A stretch of DNA of 37,934 nucleotides, taken from the IMG/VR virus record IMGVR_UViG_3300027804_000119, positions 1-37,934 of that record; one strand, given 5' to 3'. Below the pieces are notes generated by a model. It ran no database searches. It saw only the letters and a program-made list of their open reading frames with translations, and had not been told where the DNA came from. The position numbers and the translations under genes were made by a program. Positions 36,059 to 37,934 of this stretch are shown piece after piece; position 1 is the first letter of the stretch; each line of letters opens with the position of its first letter. The stretch comes from a virus. Its lineage: Duplodnaviria; Caudoviricetes.

Positions 36059-36438
36059 CATACGCATTTGGAACTAAAAGCGCAGATCGCCTTGCTGAAG
36101 TCCATCCAGACTTACAGAAGGTCTTCAACGAAGCTATCAAAGACAGTCCTATGGACTTCTCCATCACCCAAGGCTTGCGTACAAAGGAGCAACAAAAGGC
36201 TCTCTTTGACGCAGGCAAGTCACAGACGATGAACAGCCGACACCTCACTGGCAAGGCTGTGGACATTGCTGTGTTCAGGGATGGTGAGATCACTTGGGAC
36301 TTGAAGTACTATCAAGTAGTTGCTGATCACGTTAAGAAGACTGCTAAAGACATGGGTATTGACATTGTATGGGGTGGTGATTGGCAGTCCTTCAAAGATG
36401 GCCCTCACTTCGAGCTTCACCGTAGCGTATATCCTTGA
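36055..36438 (+). CDS. Endolysin, M15 L-Ala-D-Glu peptidase family
   Basis: GLRT..QQ, SRHLTGKAVD, WGGDW, DGPHFEL. Confidence 0.92.
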   Translation: MTYAFGTKSADRLAEVHPDLQKVFNEAIKDSPMDFSITQGLRTKEQQKALFDAGKSQTMNSRHLTGKAVDIAVFRDGEITWDLKYYQVVADHVKKTAKDMGIDIVWGGDWQSFKDGPHFELHRSVYP

Positions 36439-36444
36439 GGCTCT

Positions 36445-36945
36445 ATGATTGATCCTTTTACAGCCCTAGCAGCGGTGCAGACCGCTGTAAAACTGGTAAA
36501 GAAGACTGTAGAGACTATCAGGGATGTGGAGAGTCTTGGCCCTGTACTGAGTAAGTACTTTGACGCTAAGTCTCAAGCCATTGAGGTTATTCAGGCATCC
36601 AAGGCAGGTAGCTTTAAAGGCTCTGCTTTGGGTCAAGCCATTGAACTTGAACTTGCTGTTGAACAAGCTATCCAGTTTGAGAAGAAGATAGAGATGCTCT
36701 TCTTCCAAGCTAACAAGATGGATGTCTGGTTCAGGATCAAGGAGAGAGCAGCCAAGATGGAGAAGGCTTACGCTGACCAGCAACGCTTAGACAAAGCTAA
36801 AGCAGCACGTAAGAAGCAAGAGATACAGGAAGCTATCGAGATGGTACTTATCCTGCTCTTAGCTTGTGCTGTTATTGGTTTTGTTGGCTTTAGCGTCTAT
36901 GAAATCTTAGATCACTGCAAGGGTAATGCCTGCGGTTATAAATAA
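36445..36945 (+). CDS. Coiled-coil protein with C-terminal TM helix
   Basis: MIDPFTALAA...; TM MVLILLLACAVIGFVGFSV. Confidence 0.7.
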   Translation: MIDPFTALAAVQTAVKLVKKTVETIRDVESLGPVLSKYFDAKSQAIEVIQASKAGSFKGSALGQAIELELAVEQAIQFEKKIEMLFFQANKMDVWFRIKERAAKMEKAYADQQRLDKAKAARKKQEIQEAIEMVLILLLACAVIGFVGFSVYEILDHCKGNACGYK

Positions 36946-36957
36946 TAAAGGTGTAGT

Positions 36958-37371
36958 ATGGTATTGGATGCTTTATTAGGTATCGGAGGTAAACTCATCG
37001 ACAAACTGATCCCTGACCCTGCTCAAAAGGCAGAGGCTCAACTGAAGCTGGCACAGATGGCTCAGGATGGGGAATTGGCTAAGATGGCTAATGAGACCGA
37101 GGTGTATAAGATAGAACAGACAGGTGTTACCGAGCGTTGGAAGGATGACATGGGTTCTGACTCATGGCTGTCTAAGAACATTCGTCCACTGTCCTTAGTC
37201 GCTATCTTTGTAGGTTACTTCTTGTTTGCTTTCATGTCTGCCTTCGGCTACAACGCCAATGAAGGATATGTTAATCTGTTAGGTCAATGGGGTATGCTCA
37301 TTATGTCTGCCTACTTCGGTGGTAAGACACTGGAGAACATCATTGCCATGAAGTCAAGTAAGAAAGAGTGA
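36958..37371 (+). CDS. Holin (GTA 3TM-like)
   Basis: KLIDKLIPDP, DSWLSKNIRP, AYFGGKTLE with TM segments. Confidence 0.8.
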   Translation: MVLDALLGIGGKLIDKLIPDPAQKAEAQLKLAQMAQDGELAKMANETEVYKIEQTGVTERWKDDMGSDSWLSKNIRPLSLVAIFVGYFLFAFMSAFGYNANEGYVNLLGQWGMLIMSAYFGGKTLENIIAMKSSKKE

Positions 37372-37372
37372 T

Positions 37373-37600
37373 ATGGAAACCCAAGAAGTATCACACAAAG
37401 AAATCTATGAACGACTCATAGCAGTTGAGGCTAAGGTTGATAAGGTAGCCGAGGACACTGAAGGTATGGTGAAAGCGTTTAACGCTGCCTCCGGAGCCTT
37501 TATCGTCCTTGAGTGGGTAGCCAAGGTAGCTAAACCAGTGCTCTGGATTGTTGCTACAATAGCTGCTTTTGCAACCATAGCGCATAACAGCAAGCCGTAG
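37373..37600 (+). CDS. Small membrane protein of the lysis cassette
   Basis: Coiled N-terminus (ERLIAVEAKVD) and hydrophobic C-terminus. Confidence 0.7.
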   Translation: METQEVSHKEIYERLIAVEAKVDKVAEDTEGMVKAFNAASGAFIVLEWVAKVAKPVLWIVATIAAFATIAHNSKP

Positions 37601-37627
37601 GCTGTCAAACCGTAAGTGTAAACAAAT

Positions 37628-37663
37628 AAGGCCACTAGAGTTCATCGCTCTAGTGGCCTTTTT
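37628..37663. terminator. Bidirectional terminator where the two arms converge
   Basis: 13-bp stem AAGGCCACTAGAG/CTCTAGTGGCCTT with A-rich and T-rich flanks. Confidence 0.88.
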
Positions 37664-37666
37664 CGT

Positions 37667-37934
37667 TTACTCTACAGTCTCAGCTTTAGCCTTCTTAGGC
37701 TTAGGCGGGTTCTGAAGAGATTCTAGGTACTTGTAACGCTTACCCATACGCCGGATTGCCTCATCAGAGTCAAACCAGAACTCCTTACCGTTCTTAAGCT
37801 CCTCCAGTTCCTTGTCGGTCAAGAATCCTTTGTAGGCTTGGTCGAGTAACTTGTTAATCTGTCGTGTAGCAAAATCAGTCTGTCCTTTGACATTCGGCAC
37901 AGTACCGATGGAACCATAATGGGCAGTATGAAGC
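37667..37934 (-). CDS. clpP: ClpP-like protease, C-terminal part
   Basis: In-frame continuation of 480-1; KEFWFDSDEA resembles the ClpP RDxWxxAxEA motif. Confidence 0.85.
   Translation of the reverse strand, partial: LHTAHYGSIGTVPNVKGQTDFATRQINKLLDQAYKGFLTDKELEELKNGKEFWFDSDEAIRRMGKRYKYLESLQNPPKPKKAKAETVE
37820..37934. repeat. Terminal overlap, copy 2
   Basis: Matches 1-115 with two mismatches. Confidence 0.95.

Noticed and set aside
37820-37934. Biological direct terminal repeat
   Set aside because: It falls mid-gene in clpP, and the exact match is 99 bp, typical of an assembler k-mer overlap.

Overview
The window is a complete, circularly permuted tailed-phage genome of about 37,819 bp. 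Bases 1-115 repeat at 37820-37934, and a ClpP-like gene reads across that join. There are two divergent arms. The minus arm (about 16.2 kb to 1) carries small early genes, then a T7-like replication set (primase-helicase, family A polymerase, SSB, exonuclease, endonuclease I), tRNA-Leu(UAA), nucleotide-metabolism genes (thyX, MazG-like, phosphoesterase, DUF3310-like, nrdB/HNH/nrdA, glutaredoxin), phoH and clpP. The plus arm (17.2-37.6 kb) carries terminase, a P22-like portal, scaffold, capsid, podovirus tail parts, three probable ejection proteins and a lysis cassette. I found no RNA polymerase, integrase or repressor. The best leads are: (1) an AT-rich HExxH metallopeptidase gene inserted between terL and portal, a candidate virion-delivered effector; (2) two degenerate AT-rich palindromic elements in opposite orientation, each just downstream of a perfect TTGACA-N16-TATAAT promoter, candidate twin origins or leader RNAs; (3) a motif-dense control region with a LexA-like box, IHF sites, a G-tract and a divergent bipartite motif; (4) an Ocr-like acidic early protein together with apparent genome-wide absence of CCWGG. 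All calls are by eye from motifs and synteny; no database searches were run.
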